Shown here piece by piece: positions 25,836-39,869 of a stretch of DNA of 64,000 nt. The DNA is from Carcharhinus longimanus (Eukaryota). The notes below the pieces were generated by a model that was given only the letters and a program-made list of their open reading frames with translations, had not been told where the DNA came from and ran no database searches. The stretch lies in the NCBI GenBank assembly GCA_030264375.1, contig JASCQW010000061.1:69172882-69236881 (forward strand), read 5' to 3'. A program made the position numbers and the translations under genes. Position 1 is the first letter of the stretch, and each line of letters starts with the position of its first letter.

Positions 25836-28800
25836 TTGGAATGTTTTATACAAACATTCCAAAGATTATCAAAATTATGTTACCATGTTAAATGGATAGA
25901 ATCAATGCTGGCATCCCAATCTATAAATACAACTCAAAATAAACATGCTTCAGAAGCTCCATTTTTTTCTATTTCTGAGCTATTCTTTTCATATTTACTT
26001 TCCTCTAATGGCTCAAAAATGGATGCATTAGTCAGCAACAAAAAGCCAGATTATATTTACTGACTGAAAGCTGATCACCCTCATGAATTTTTTATTTCAT
26101 AGACACTTCAAGATGCCACTGGGATAGTACAGTGTGATAACACATTAGTCTGCAAATGGATAGCAACGGTTTTCTATCACTTGCAGAAACACTCTAATTA
26201 TTGTCCACAATATTAAATTTCAAACAACAGGCCTTCAGGAAACAATCTTCCAACTGTTGCCTTAAAATTTTCCAGATAATCCTATCAGGTGGAATTTGCA
26301 GTGAATATTCATACAAGCACAAACTCAACTGTAGGCAGCACTGCAACACACAGTGACTGTAGTGCAGCAACAACATTCCACCAAAACATCACACAATAGC
26401 TTTCCCTCAAAAAGCAGCTTATCCCCAAATGTTAGTTGCTCAGTGATTTGCTTCGATGTAATCTAAAATTATTCTGCACCATTACAAATGCATATAAATC
26501 ATGCAGGATTCTGATTCTGCACACTATAANNNNNNNNAAGACAAAATGTTAATTACCACTATCATATTGTATACTAAAACCACTGGTAAAACAGTGACAC
26601 CCTAAATTTTCTCTTTCCAACATGAATACAACTGCACTCTTCAATTATATAATTGCAGGAGGATTCCACACAGATGGCTTTAAGTGAATTAGGGGAGATT
26701 TTAAATGTTAAAAGAAATTGTCTTTCCTCAGGGGAAGCTTTACATAACTAGACATCATTAACTGATATTGATAACTATGATAACAAACCAGCTTATTGCA
26801 GAAATATGAAAATATTCTCTTCTCTGAATTAACAGACTACACCACTTTTTGGTTATAATAACTGCACACTGCACATTTGATTTTCAAAATCCAAACTGAA
26901 TCCAGTTAAATGTTTAAAGTATTATGTTTACCTCAGTAAGAAGTGAAATGTGACAGGTTTAGTCTTTTGTTACCCAAGCAAGTATCAAAGTAAAAGACTG
27001 TTTCCTCATTAAAGCTTCTCCTGCCATTTAACTGAAGATTGTAAATTATACTTTTGTGCAATTAAATGTTTGACTTAGAGATATCTTCGCTTACCATAAC
27101 AACTATCATTTAGTTTTATTAGCAACTGTAGATCGCCAACATATACTCGTTCTTAACCTTCGCCTTATGGTGTATTTTGCTTTCCCGAAATTGCATAATA
27201 GAATACATATGCTGCAGTAAGCATCATGCAAACCAGGAAACTATCAGCTTCAATCTCTGGTGTCAGCAATGGTTGAAAGTCCAGGAGCTCTAAGACATTT
27301 ACTGACTAAATCTAGATGTGAAGTATGACACTTAGACATGGAAGCAGAGGACTTCTGACCTCAAAATCACTCGAGAGTCACTAACCTTTGGAAAAGAGAT
27401 GAAGAGAAGCAAATCAGAGGAAAGCACAAAAAAAAGTGATTTGCATGGATGTGGAAAATTGGTCTGCTTACCACTGCAGGAGAACAGATTTATTTAATGT
27501 CTGCTCAAGTGCAGATCACAATCATATTTGCAAATCTGGTATAATATAATCATTAAGGTGTTGGAATGTGATTCATCCAGACATCTACAAGTCAACCTTT
27601 GCTACACTGGGCTTCTTAACCAAATAGGAAAAATCCTGGCTGCTACACTAGTGGCGAAGCAGCAAAATAGCTCCATCACACTCATAACACACCTGTCTGC
27701 TAACACACAGGAATGGATACAGTGAATATCAGTGCTTTCAAATGAGTCATCAAAGTCTGGTGCAACACTATGGCAAACAGACCTTAAATTAATCATTTCT
27801 ATGTTTATCTCCAATCTACTGACCCCATGTACTTTGCACAATGCAAATCTTACAGCAACTATTCAATTATACCATAGATTTTTAAATTATGTAGCAGTAT
27901 ATGAATTATATTGATACACTGAGCTTTTGCTTTAAAAAAAAGCAGGCAGATTTGCTCAGATTCGAGCAATCTTAATTGGTAGAGTCAGATATTAATTAAT
28001 AGGTGTGCTTGACTGCATAGACTGATTTTTTAGAAAGGTTCAAAGATCAAGCATGAGCTGTTAAAAAGCAGTACCTCCTCATTAATTACTCCCCCTAAAT
28101 TTTAAGAAAATGCTTATGCTGCATCAGGTTCATCTAATAATGGTGGTAAATAAAAATTATAGCAGGTTCTGCATTAGAACAATAGCAGATTAAAGCTCAG
28201 TCTGATGTGTTAACCAGCCCTCAGTATATAAAGCACACCATTATGAATACATTAACACTCGCACCTTAGAGACTTAATGGGAAGTTCAATTTCACACCAC
28301 AATTTTTCCACAGTCGCTTAAACTGTAGTATTGGTTTTGCACAGCTATTTGATGCATATTTTTATCTTTGTATTACAAGAGTGCCTTTATAACTTATATA
28401 CGACAGTGGATTTTAACAGGTCCTCCTTTGACAGAACCAGGCTGTTATTAAGATCAAGACTCACCCACTTCATCATGCAATAAACAGCATATGGTATTTC
28501 ACCTTTAAGCTTCTGACTACACAGTAAGAATGCTGGAATCGTTTCTCCAAAAACAGAAAAGTATCCACGACGAGGTGATTTAGTCTAGAACAGTTTTAAT
28601 GTAAGCAGAAACAACTAAACCAGACCAGACATCAAGCAACCACAGTAACCTGTGGAGTGAGGGTTACATCTTCATTGGTTGTATCAAATCATGTGATTTC
28701 AACATCTTTAACTTAAATACAATTACAAGCTGTCCCACTTAAAGGAGAGCAGCAACAACAGATATATATTACAAATCATTAATTAATTTATCCGTTACAA

Positions 28801-29099
28801 TGAAACATCAAAAACAAACAGCAGAAGCTGGCTTTCAATCGCTCTCAGCATCCTCTTCACTGGCATTATTTACCACAAAGTCAGGTTACTCAGCTGGTAA
28901 GAATGTGTATAGGCATAAGAGTACACATTGCATTTAAGTTGTTCATTTGAATGACTCGGCTTGTTTATCCAATGGACCCAGGAAGGTCTCTTGATTCAAT
29001 TCCCGCTGGAGTTTGTGGAGAGTGCTGTGATCCCAGACATTCACATCTCTACTGTCTGCATCACAAACTCTGATATTGCAGGGCATCAGGGAGGGATGG

Positions 29100-31545
29100 A
29101 GTTACCTGGATGAAGCAGCATTATAAAACACTGGCTTGGCTTCAACTGGAGCACTGAGTTCACCATACTTCAGCAAGGCTTTAGAGGGCAAAGATTTATA
29201 AAAATGATTATAGGGATTAAGTCAAGTGGATAAATGGCTATTTTCCTTAAAGGGAAAGTTGAGGGGGATTTGAAAGAGGACATCAAAATCTGAGGTGTCT
29301 GGACAGAACTGAGTGAGAAATTGTTCCTATTGGCAGAAGGATCAAGGAGGAGAGGACAGTTTTAAGGTGACTGAGAACCAAAGCTAACATGAGCATAATC
29401 TTTCAGGCCTCTTTAGTGTCAGGATGGGGCCAGAAAACTGGAGCATTGAAAATGTTACATCCTTTTTGACCAAGAGTATAAGGATAAATCCAGCAATTAC
29501 ATGTGGTTAGGATTTGGAATGCAAAGGAGGTAATGGAGGGAGATCCAATCCTGGCTTTTAAAAAGGAAATTGCATAAGCACCTGAAGGACAAATTTTTTG
29601 CAGGGTTAAAGAGAGAAGGAAGAAAGAGTGGGATTCACTAAATTGTTCCTGCAGTGGATCAGAAGGGACTGGATGAGCCAGATGGCCTTTTGTGTTGTAA
29701 CCATGCTCTGTTTTAATGAATGTTGCCATAAAGCGCATTAGCCCTAAAGATTGGGAGGATTTTAGAATTCAACTAAAGGCTAATCAAGAAAGAGAAAGAG
29801 AATACAGTGAGAGTAAATAAAAGCAGATTGTGAAAGTTTCCATCAGTATATAAACAAAAGGATCAGCCAATATAAGCATGGATGCCTTAGAGGCAGAGAC
29901 AGGACAAATTATAATGGAAAATAAGNNNNNNNNNNNNNNNNNNNNNNNNNNNNNNNNNNNNNNNNNNNNNNNNNNNNNNACAAAGTCTAACAAGAGTGAG
30001 GAACTAAAGGAATTGGTACAGTAAAAAAGTAATGGAGAAAATAAAAGGACTGACTAATAGTCAACAGATCTACTGAATCTGATTACCTCTATCCTAGGGC
30101 ATTAAAAGAGGTAGCTACAGCAATAGCGAATGCATTGGCTTTAATCTTCCAAAATTCCTCAACCTCCAGAATGGTTCCCCCATGGATCAGAAGTTAGCAA
30201 ATCTGACCCCGCTATTTAAGAAAAGCGAGAGAAGAAAACAGAACTATAGGTCGTTGGTAACCTAACAAGTAGGGGAAATCCTGGAATCCACTATTAGAAT
30301 CAGACTTTTANNNNNNNNNNCCATCATGTCTGCACCTGCCATCATGTCTAACCCTACTTTCCAGCACTTGGCTCCAAGCTTTGTATGTTATGGCATTTCA
30401 AATGCTCATCTAAATACTCCTGAAATGTTGTGGGGGTTCCTGCCTCTACCACCCTTTCAGGCAGTGAATTCCAGATTCCCATCACCCACGGGTACAAAAA
30501 TCTTTCCTCAAATCCCCACTAAATCTTTGGCCCCTTATCTTCAATCTACGCTCCCTGGTTATTGACTCCACTATTCAGGAGAAGGTTTCTTCCTATTTCT
30601 GATCCATAGCAAATCATTCTGGAAGTTAGGGAATTTTGGAAGATCTAAATGAATGCATTCACTATCACTGTTGCTACCTCTTTCAAATCCCTGGGATGCA
30701 AGTCACTAAATTCAATAGGTCTGTTGACAGTTCAATTAATTTCTCCATTACATTTTTTTTTAAAACCAATTCCTTTAGTTCCTCATTCTTGCTAGACTTT
30801 TAGTCCTTACCATTTCTGACCTTCTTTCTCTTCTATTAGGGACATAGCCTACTATTGCTGTCTCTGTCCTTAGTAATTTTGTGTGCCTCAATCAGGTCAA
30901 CATTTTCTGCTCGGAGGAAAACAATCCCAACCTAACCAGTGTCTCTTCATAGCGGAAACGTTCCAGCCCAGGCAACATCCTGATGAATCATCTCTACACC
31001 CTTTCTAGTGCAATTACATCCTTCCTATCATGTGGCCACCAGAGAGGCACACAATACTTTAACTGATGTCTAACAAAGTGTTTTATAGAGCTCCATCATA
31101 ACCTGCCTGCTCTTTAATTCTATACCTCAGCTAAGGGCAAGTGTCCCACATGCCTGTTGCCTTCCAGTATCTTTGGACACGCACCCAAAAGGTCTCTCTG
31201 GCCCTCTGTTCTTCCTAGCATCCTACCATTCATTGTGTTTTCCATTAGTCACACGATAATAGGTCACTTAGAAGTTCATTACGCGAGGCAAAGTTAACAC
31301 GGATTTATGAAAGGCTAATTGTGATTAATCATCTGTTACTGAGAGTTTGAAGTTGTAAGTAGCAGGGCGGATGAGGAGAAACTGTGGATGTATTGTATTC
31401 GGATTTTGAGAAATATTTAATAAGGTACGACACAAGAGCTTACTGCACAACAATAGAGCTCCGGGGATTGAGACTAATATATTAGCATGGATTGACAATT
31501 AGTTAATGAATAGAAAACAGAAATAAACTGATCATTTTCAGGTAC
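29100..31545. mobile_element. Cluster of CR1 fragments in both orientations
   Basis: Plus pieces 29100-29710 (tail), 29740-30300 (TPLFKK) and 31250-31545 (DF.K.F.KV.H); minus pieces 30320-31240. Confidence 0.8.
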
Positions 31546-31699
31546 GAGTTAGATTAAGGAAATCACATATTGCTCAATGCAAATTGTATTCAACTTAGTT
31601 CAGTAGTTGCGTTCTCGTTCAACTCAGAAGGCTGTGGATTCAACTTCACTTGTACACAATCTAGACTCACACTTCAATGCGATGCTGAAAGAATGTGCC

Positions 31700-31892
31700 A
31701 ACAAAGATTCCAGACAATCATCTGGCTCTCCACGCAGGCGGGATCTTATGGTCCTGCCAACAACGCACTCCGCCCCTCTGTTTCCCAGCAATGCAGAGTG
31801 GTATCAACGGGAAAGAAGATCCTGCCTCTGGCAACAGTGCACCACCTCCCGCTGCTGAGAAAAATGCTGCAGGGAGGCCAGAAAATCTGTCT
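31700..31892. mobile_element. GC-rich MITE remnant inserted after a Deu-SINE head (31590-31700)
   Basis: GCAGGCGGGATCTTATGGTCC...AGAAGATCCTGCC...GAAAATCTGTC; same family as 54255-54455. Confidence 0.5.
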
Positions 31893-32982
31893 TTTAATAC
31901 AACATTACATTTGCAAGGTATGGTACTGCAGTGGCTAAATGACTCAAATAGTAAGCCAAAGCTTTGGACTCACCGAGTTCAAATTTTTGAAAGAAAATTC
32001 TAGAAATACAAGACAACAGCTTCAGAAAAAGCGATCATTAAGCAGTCATGTCATCTTAGAAACAGGTTCACTAATATCTTTTGAGGATGGAAGTCTTTTA
32101 TTGATAGTTGGTGTGCCCATGTGACTCAATACTTGACCAACATCGTTGACCTTTAACTGTTCTAGGAAGTAAAATAACATCATGGCTGTGGCCTGCCAGT
32201 CAGTGAAGCTACGGGAGATCTTTCACTGTAAAATGCAGGGTCTCAAGTGGCAAGTCTACTCACCATATAGGTCAAACTCAGTTGTAATGTCCTCCAAAAC
32301 TCAGTCTTCCTTACAAAGAATTTCTTCCTCTTCTAGAATGTAGCTTGATGGTCCAGTGAGGAAGGTTGGATGTTGCATTGGGACATAAAAAGCTTTGGAT
32401 GTATGAAGGAGATCAAGATGGAGGAGACAGGTCATTGTCTAAAGATGCTGAATTCTAATTAGCTGTGGATTTTAGTGGGCATGCAATAATATTGCTGATC
32501 AGGCTACCATTGAAAGTGGAGATATGTCAATGCTTGGCCTGCTAAAAAGCTCCAGTGAAGCCCAAGGCAAACCAGAGGAGCGGCGTCTCATCTTCTGATT
32601 AGGTACATTACAGCCCTGAGGATTTTTCTGTTTGTGTCAATACACTACACATCTGAATGTTTACAAAGACATTNNNNNNNNNNNNNNNNNNNNNNNNNNN
32701 NNNNNNNNNNNNNNNNNNNNNNNNNNNNNNNNNNNNNNNNNNNNNNNNNNNNNNNNNNNNNNNNNNNNNNNNNGGATTTTTCTGTTTGTGTCAATGCACT
32801 ACACATCTGAATGTTTACAAAGCCATTATATAAATGCAACATTCTTCTTAAATTTTGGACTCTGGTGTGCAAAACAGTAACATTAAAAAAACCCAAAGCC
32901 TTTACTTTCAGTGCACATATTTTACTCTTTTTAAAACATTTGCTCATGAAAGGAGTGTACTCAATTCCAGATTTAGATTTAA

Positions 32983-33115
32983 AGGCAAAATACTGCAGAT
33001 CGTAGAATCTCAAACAAAAGCAAAATGCTGGAAAAACTCAGCAGATCTGACAGCATCTGCGGAGAGAGAATACAGTCAATGTTGCGAGTCAAGATGACCC
33101 TTTGTCAGAGTTGGT
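32983..33115 (-). mobile_element. Penelope-like pLTR with degenerate hammerhead
   Basis: Minus strand: CTGACAA-AGGGTCATCTTGACTC-GCAA-CATTGACT...CAGATGCTGTCAGATCTGCTGAG. Confidence 0.75.
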
Positions 33116-34429
33116 TTAGATTTCTCTGGATACTAGTTGTATTCCAAACACATTATAAGCAATTGGACAATCAGCAACATAAAGGAGTACAAATCTGGTA
33201 TTTGATTAAAGACTTCAGTTCCTAGAAGATAAATATAGGGGCCTGATATTTCTTTCTGGGGGAACAACCAATATTGCACCCATTTTACCAATGTCAAGTT
33301 ATACCAAAGTATTCTTACAATCTCATTATTTATGTTGATGTTAAGTTTGAATATATAATGTCAGCTGATGCTCTAAGTACATAGTCACACATCAACACAA
33401 ATGCTCCCTGCATACATCAGCCTCTTTCAGTTGCTGTTCCAAAAGAATACAAACTGGGCCAAAAGGAAACTCTTAATTTTAAGACTGGAAGAAGTAAGGA
33501 TTCAAAGTTTAAACTCAGTCAACCATCTTTCACCACGAGTCAGTGGATAGGTTGATTGTCTAAAATTTTGCAATCATTGATTTATATTTGAGTCAGGTAT
33601 GAATCTGAGCATGCATCAAATCCAGGCTGGGCACATACTTCTCAAACCAGGCTGACTTTTTAAGCCATTTTTTACTTTATATTTAAGCAAATTATAAAAT
33701 AATACATCCTCCTCTTGCCACAAACCTCACACTAATAAAGGGGTTGAAGTGTGCCACCTTAGCCTTGTGAATTATCTTAGGATCTTGTGTGTTTTGATTT
33801 TGCACAGCTTTTTAGAAGTGTCCTATTTACACTGACAGAATTATGCGGAAATCACTGAACAATAGTCACACTTATTAGGGCTGCTTATGCTCCACAGTCA
33901 TGAAATGGTCACTCAACTGGTCAGTTAGGGTATTAAATCCCTTAAAGTAGAGCGTCCCTGCTTCTGTGCTGTTTCACTAGTTGGATAGTTAGAAACCACA
34001 CTTTGCTTTCTCCCCTTAACGTGGATCTGTGCTACAGATTTAAAATTACCTGACAATCTGGATAGCTCTCTCAAGGGTTGAATCTCCCTTCAATTGAAGC
34101 ATATCTTGAGTGTGTGGCATCCATCACTCCGACAACTCCTGATTAGCTCAGATTTCAGACCACTAATCATAGTCTTTAGTCATTTTGTACAATTCATTAA
34201 TAACGGAGTCAACAAGTTCACCAGGTTGATGGATACGTTTATTAAATTTAGCCTTTTCAGGTTTTTTTTTGTTTTGAGGTTAAAATAAGCATCCAATGAT
34301 TTTAAAACTTCATGACATTTTGCAGATGATTTGCTAATTCCACCTAACTATATCATCAGCTATCGGGTCTACCAAATAAAGCAGTGTATTAACTGGATAA
34401 GCTTCAGTCTTTTTAATCCAGACCCAAAG

Positions 34430-34810
34430 CAACTATGCATCTTCATCCCTTTTTGTTTGTCTCACACAAACCTTCCCCCTCTGCACTGGGCCATCCATCA
34501 GCACTGACATTTGTTCTCCAATAACACACACTATCTTAGCTTTATGTCATTATCCGCACCTTCTTCAGTTAATGCTACCATTAACACTCCCTTTGTCTAT
34601 ATCCATGACATCTTTGTCAATCACTCCTACATCCCACCTATTCCTGGCCTTCTATTCTGAACTACTTTCTCCAACTATATAATCCATCACATTTCTACCC
34701 CTCTTCAGCTTTAAAGTCACACAGATTCGGACATTAACCCTGCTTCTCTCTTCACAGATGCTGCCAGACAAGCTGAGTCAAAACAGCATTTTCTTCTGTT
34801 TTTTTATACT
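34430..34810 (+). mobile_element. Penelope-like 3' remnant
   Basis: Ends in CTCTTCACAGATGCTGCCAGACAAGCTGAG...CAGCATTTTC; the ribozyme core is eroded. Confidence 0.55.
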
Positions 34811-36779
34811 TATTGAAGGCACCTCTTTCTCCAAGATCTTTAATTTTGTGATTGGTCTGGGCCTTGGATAGACCCAAATTGCATTTATATTTTGATTTTG
34901 GATCCACGGATAAGGTTTAAATTGCAGCATTTAACTTTGAGAGATTTCCAAGATGGTGCCACTGTACGATTCTTCCCACACTTACCAGTTTTTGTGGGCT
35001 CCCTCAGAAATAGTATTTGCTATTTCAGCATTTAAAAGTTTTCAACAACAGCTGCCTGGAGGGGCTGATTAAAGTCTCTCCTGTTTTGGCGCAATGTTTT
35101 TGGGTCTTGGAAGCATCCAATCCTGGCTTTTGCTGGGTGGTAAAGTCGTCCATTCAGTTCTGGCACGGAGTCAGGAATTGGCTTTTCTGGGCTGCAATTT
35201 AAATGGCAGTTTCTGACCAGTGCAGTATTTAACTTGTGTTGTCTAGGAATTTTAAAATTTTAGCTTACCCCTGTTAGATCTGTTGATTCTGCACACTCTG
35301 GGTAATGAAGCCAGACTTCCATAGGCTTCAATGGAGTCTTTTGCTGTAGCGAGGAATTTATTTTCTGTCTTCAGTGTCTAAGCCTTTATTTTAAGCTTTT
35401 CTCTTGATTTCCTTTTATGCCTTTGCTTCTTGAGCTTTTCTTCAGGTCTGAATGCTTCTTTGATTTTAATTTTCTTCTGCAGTCTCTATGAGCTTTTGAG
35501 TTTGTGTATTTGCAGCACCATTTTGTAAAGTATTGGTTCAGGATGCCTTAGGTAGCTAATTAGCAAATATTAACTACTATAAACTATGTACATAGATACA
35601 ATAAAGATCCAAGCTCGGAGCTGTCTTCAGGCTGCCTTCTACACATGCTTCTGTCCAAGACTATGCTGAACCTGGGTTTGGGGGGGGGGGGGGCGGTGCG
35701 ATGGTGGTGGTGGTGGTGGGTGAATGCTCTTATCTCACCTTGTCCCACGTTATCCCTTTTATGTGCCAGACCTCTTTACGATAGTATCAATACTAAAAGC
35801 ATAAATCCTTGCTAAACAGTAATGGTTCCAAGAGCAAGTTTATGGGAGTTTGTATAGTAATAACTCAAGTCAAAAAAACCTGGCTCAATTATAAGGGGGC
35901 AAAACGCAGCATGCTGTGACATGCAGATTTCTGGCAGTGCACAGTTAAAATGGTAGCTTTTCCAGTGTAATTAAATCATTTCACTTTCGATACAGAAGAT
36001 TACAAGACATAAATGCTTCAAACTTATTTCCAGTTGTTTGCATACAATGCAATGTCAAAATGCTATCTTGAGTGCAAAAGGAATAAGCCAATCAGCACCT
36101 CCAGCCAGCTTCAATGGTCAATTAGCTGATCTGTACCTTAATTCCGTTTTTCTTTGTTCTATAACTAATACTCAACTGTGTGATCTTGGTTTTGAAAATT
36201 TCAACTAACCCACGTTCAAGGCCATTTGGGGGAAAACTATACTCCAGACTTCCACCACCAGTATGGAAAACGTCCCTCCTAATTTTCCCAACGAGTCAAA
36301 CTCTAAATTTTAAGATTACATTCCCTTTCTTTTCAAAGAGCAGTACTTAATATATTACAATATAAAATCAGAAAAAAAAACCATACAATGGGCCACCTGC
36401 CTTTGAAAGAGAACAAGATGGTGTTTCTGACAAGGGCTGTCTTGATATCTCTATCAATGAGCAAACCCATCTCAATTCCTTTCACATTTTGACAGAGCTC
36501 CTTGTAGTTCTATCATTTTCTGCTCTGATTTGAGACTTTCAGCCTTTCTAGTTTCTTTTCATTCTTATAAGCAATTGTACAGTTACTCTAAAGAATTCAC
36601 ATATGAAACTTGGAACATTTTACAAAATGGTGGTGCATCATCATTTGTGAAGTTTTATTCTGCTGTTTGATCAGCTGGAACTCACTGGGGTAGGGTACTT
36701 TCAGTAGAAGAGCATATTTCCCCTCCCCCTTCCCCTTCCCTCCTATGCAGTCCAGAGCAAAATCACCCTCTGGTACAAC

Positions 36780-36900
36780 TTGGGGGTCAGTGTGGGGGAG
36801 GGGAGTCAGTATGAGGGGGTAGTCTGTGAGGGAGGGGTGGTCAGTCTGAAGGGGGAGGGTCTGGGTGTTGGGGGGGGGGGTCAGCGTGACGGGGTGGTAG
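36780..36900 (+). repeat. G-rich degenerate tandem repeat (GGGGTCAGTSTG-like), G-quadruplex potential
   Basis: Many G4-G10 runs separated by TCAGT/TCTG spacers. Confidence 0.7.
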
Positions 36901-37109
36901 TGTTCGGTAAGGATGAGCGGACCCCAGGGTCTGTTTCACTCCTCAATCACCGCCATAGAAACCAGTGCTGAGGGTGATGGTCACATTGCTGCTATTGGGA
37001 TCTTGCTGTGCTCTCATTAGCTGTAGCGTTTTACGTTTTCACAGTGACTGCTGTCTCCCCGGCTGGAAGCTGCATGGGACTGTCACAGGGCGGTTCAGAA
37101 TTGTCAATT

Positions 37110-37400
37110 GGACTGGCACAGTGGGTTAGCACTGCTGCTTCACAGCACCAGGGACCCGGGTTCGATTCCGGGCTCAGGCCACTGTCTCTGTGGAGTCTGC
37201 ACATTCTCCCCATGTCTGCGTGGGTTTCCTCTGGGTGCTCTGGTGTCCTCCCACAATCCACTTAGGTGGATTGGCCATGCTAAATGTTGGGGGGTTGTTA
37301 GAGGGATAGGGATCTTCCGGAGGGACAGTGCAGATCCGATGGACCGAACGGTCTCCTTCAGCACTGTCGGGATGCTAGGGGAGAGACACTCCATTCTATG
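37110..37400 (+). mobile_element. HE1/V-SINE-type SINE
   Basis: TGGCACAGTGGGTTAGCACTGCTGCTTCACAGCACCAGGGACCCGGGTTCGATTCC (A and B boxes). Confidence 0.9.
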
Positions 37401-37938
37401 GATTTCGGAGGACTGGAAGGAATGACAGAGATGGGGAAAAGCAAGGGTGAAATTGCCCTGTGGCCAGCTGACACAGGTCAGTGAGCACGCGGCGATGGCG
37501 AACAAAACTGGATGCAAATTTTCAATGAGCTCATGTTTACAGATGGTGCGAGATGGGAGGTCAGCCAGCAGTGTAATAGCCCTGTCTGTAGATAACAATT
37601 ATTAGCATGGCTGTGGGTGTCATCAGCAGATGTTCACCCTGTATATTTATTTCACATTCGTATACAAATGAACTTTCTTGCGCAGATAGATAAAATGTAA
37701 GTCTTCTTTCTTCTCAGCTGTTTGTACAGCTGCCAAGAAAGCCAGGTTGTCCTCACTTGCTAACGTGCCATGAACAAAATGGTTGCCGTGCGCAAAATGT
37801 CCGCCACGCTTGCCTACATCACAGAGCAGGCACATTTTCAGGATAATTCATGGTGTGTAGGGCACCATGAGGAATCCACACAGGTGTAATAATGCATACG
37901 TGCTATTTAAAAAAAAAACAGTTGATGGTGGAGTGCCT

Positions 37939-38210
37939 TTATTTATTGGTGTCGCAAGTCAGCTTACATTAACGCTGCAATGAAGTAACTGTGAAAATCC
38001 TCCAGTCGCCACACCCTGGCGCCTGTTCGGGTACACTGAGAGAGAATTTAGTACGGCCAATGCACCTGACCAGTACATCTTTCAGACTGTGGAGAGAAAC
38101 TGGAGCACCCGGAGGAAACCCACGCAGACACAGAGAGAACGTGCAAACTCCACACAGACAATGACCCAAGGCCGGGAATCGAACTTGGGTCCCTGGCGTT
38201 GTGAGGCCAT
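37939..38210 (-). mobile_element. V-SINE-type SINE, alternative-tail subfamily
   Basis: GGAGCACCCGGAGGAAACCCACGCAGAC; tail TTTATTTATTGGTGTCGCAAG. The same tail occurs as a fragment at ~11235-11285. Confidence 0.9.
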
Positions 38211-39869
38211 GTCACCCATGATGGAACACAAAAGCAGAGATGTAATGTTGGAACTGTGTAAAATACAGACTGGAGTNNNNNNNNNNNNNNNNNNNNNNNN
38301 NNNNNNNNNNNNNNNNNNNNNNNNNNNNNNNNNNNNNNNNNNNNNNNNNNNNNNNNNNNNNNNNNNNNNNNNNNNNCCCTCCCCTCCCGACAATCTGCTT
38401 CCATTTCTGCTTTAATAAATTTTCACTTCCTGTTCCTCTCCAAATGCCAGCTACACTCCTAACTTTAAAATTCCATTTGTTACTTTTAATATACAGGATA
38501 CTGCAGTGTGGGATACTGGCCTCAATCATGAAGATCTCATAAATCATTGAGGTGCTTATGCATTGTGGCTTTCTCATAAAATAACACATATGGTAGGAAT
38601 ATGAAAAGGGCATTTTGCCCATTGAGTGAAATCAGCTCAGTAACACTGAGCTACTAGCAACTGCAGCACCTCGGTATATTTATAACCAAAACATACTGTT
38701 TCCAGAACTAATCTTTTATCATTTCATTCACATACTCTAAACAGGTTTTAGTCAATGTTTTCCACATACTTGTAGAAGCTATTAACTACTTCAGAGATCA
38801 TTAACAGCTTCTTATAAACAGATGGCATGGGAGCTAACTGAGCCTGACTGAAACCTATGAAAAACTAGAAATGTCAACTTAACTTTCATAAACTACTGAC
38901 TAAGGGGCATTTGCAGTAATGATCATAATGTACTTAACAAAGTAAACAAAGAAAAGGCATAGACATATTCAAACCCTCAGCATCAGGAAATCACATTTTC
39001 TGAACACTATTATTTCACCCAATCCACAGCAAATTTTCACAATCCCCTTCTTATAATGATGTTCATCTGGAGGCAAATGGCTGCTGCAAAGTCACTATAA
39101 TGGAAAATGTGTAAAAGCACACATTGCAGTGAATTGCATGATTCAGACCACAGTACAACTGTGGCAATTTCTGCTGTCATTCTATTTTGTCAAAACTGGA
39201 CCTAAAACACAACTAAGCAGTAAAGTAATAATGGTTTGAAGTGTTGCTCAACTTAGTACTGCGCACAAAGCACAAATGGAAAAGGACAGATGAGTGCGAC
39301 ACTCAGCCTCAGGGCACAAGTGATGTAAAGCTACGCTCAAGGGATTAAGTAACAGTAGCTTAGTATTTGGCAGGGGGTTTGGGGGTGGGGGGGGGGGGGA
39401 TGTTGGGGAAGTGTAGGGCAGGTAGGAAAGAGAAGAGGAGAAAGATCTGATGCTTGCAACATGTAGCATCTATACAATATAAAATTACCCCAATGCTGTG
39501 TGTACAGAATGCCTACCGAGGCAGGAAGCATCTTTAACTGCTTACGTTCATTCTGAGACATTTGTTAGCTTGATAAGCAGCTGGGGACACTCCATTTCAT
39601 CTGGTAAACTGAAGACTTCAGGAAGTGTTCCCCACCCCCCCACCCCTGCCCCCGCCACAACTGAAGTGAGTTAGTGAGGAAGGGAAAAGAGTGAGCATCC
39701 ATTAGGGTAGGAAGAGAAGACAGGAAACAATGCAGGAATCCCAAGAGTACTGCATTAGAAAACAGACATTGGACAATTAATACTGGCAGCAATAAAAAAA
39801 AGAGAAGACAACCACTAAAATAAAAATGAAGCAACAGCAGTTGGCCACTCAACCCCTTAAACCAGTCAA

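Noticed and set aside
25566-26063. 165-aa ORF, the longest gap-free ORF
   Set aside because: Overlaps a Deu-SINE relic, has no domain or splice support and is antisense to the inferred host.
31793-31809. GCAGAGTGGTATCAACG resembles the SMART cDNA adaptor
   Set aside because: Partial, permuted match embedded colinearly in a MITE copy; likely chance.
35995-36009. Third GAAGATTACAAGACA match to the 2431/6335 duplicate
   Set aside because: Similarity does not extend into the flanks.
37110-37175. tRNA-like sequence with A and B boxes
   Set aside because: It is a SINE head with no full cloverleaf; the same applies to the other SINE heads.
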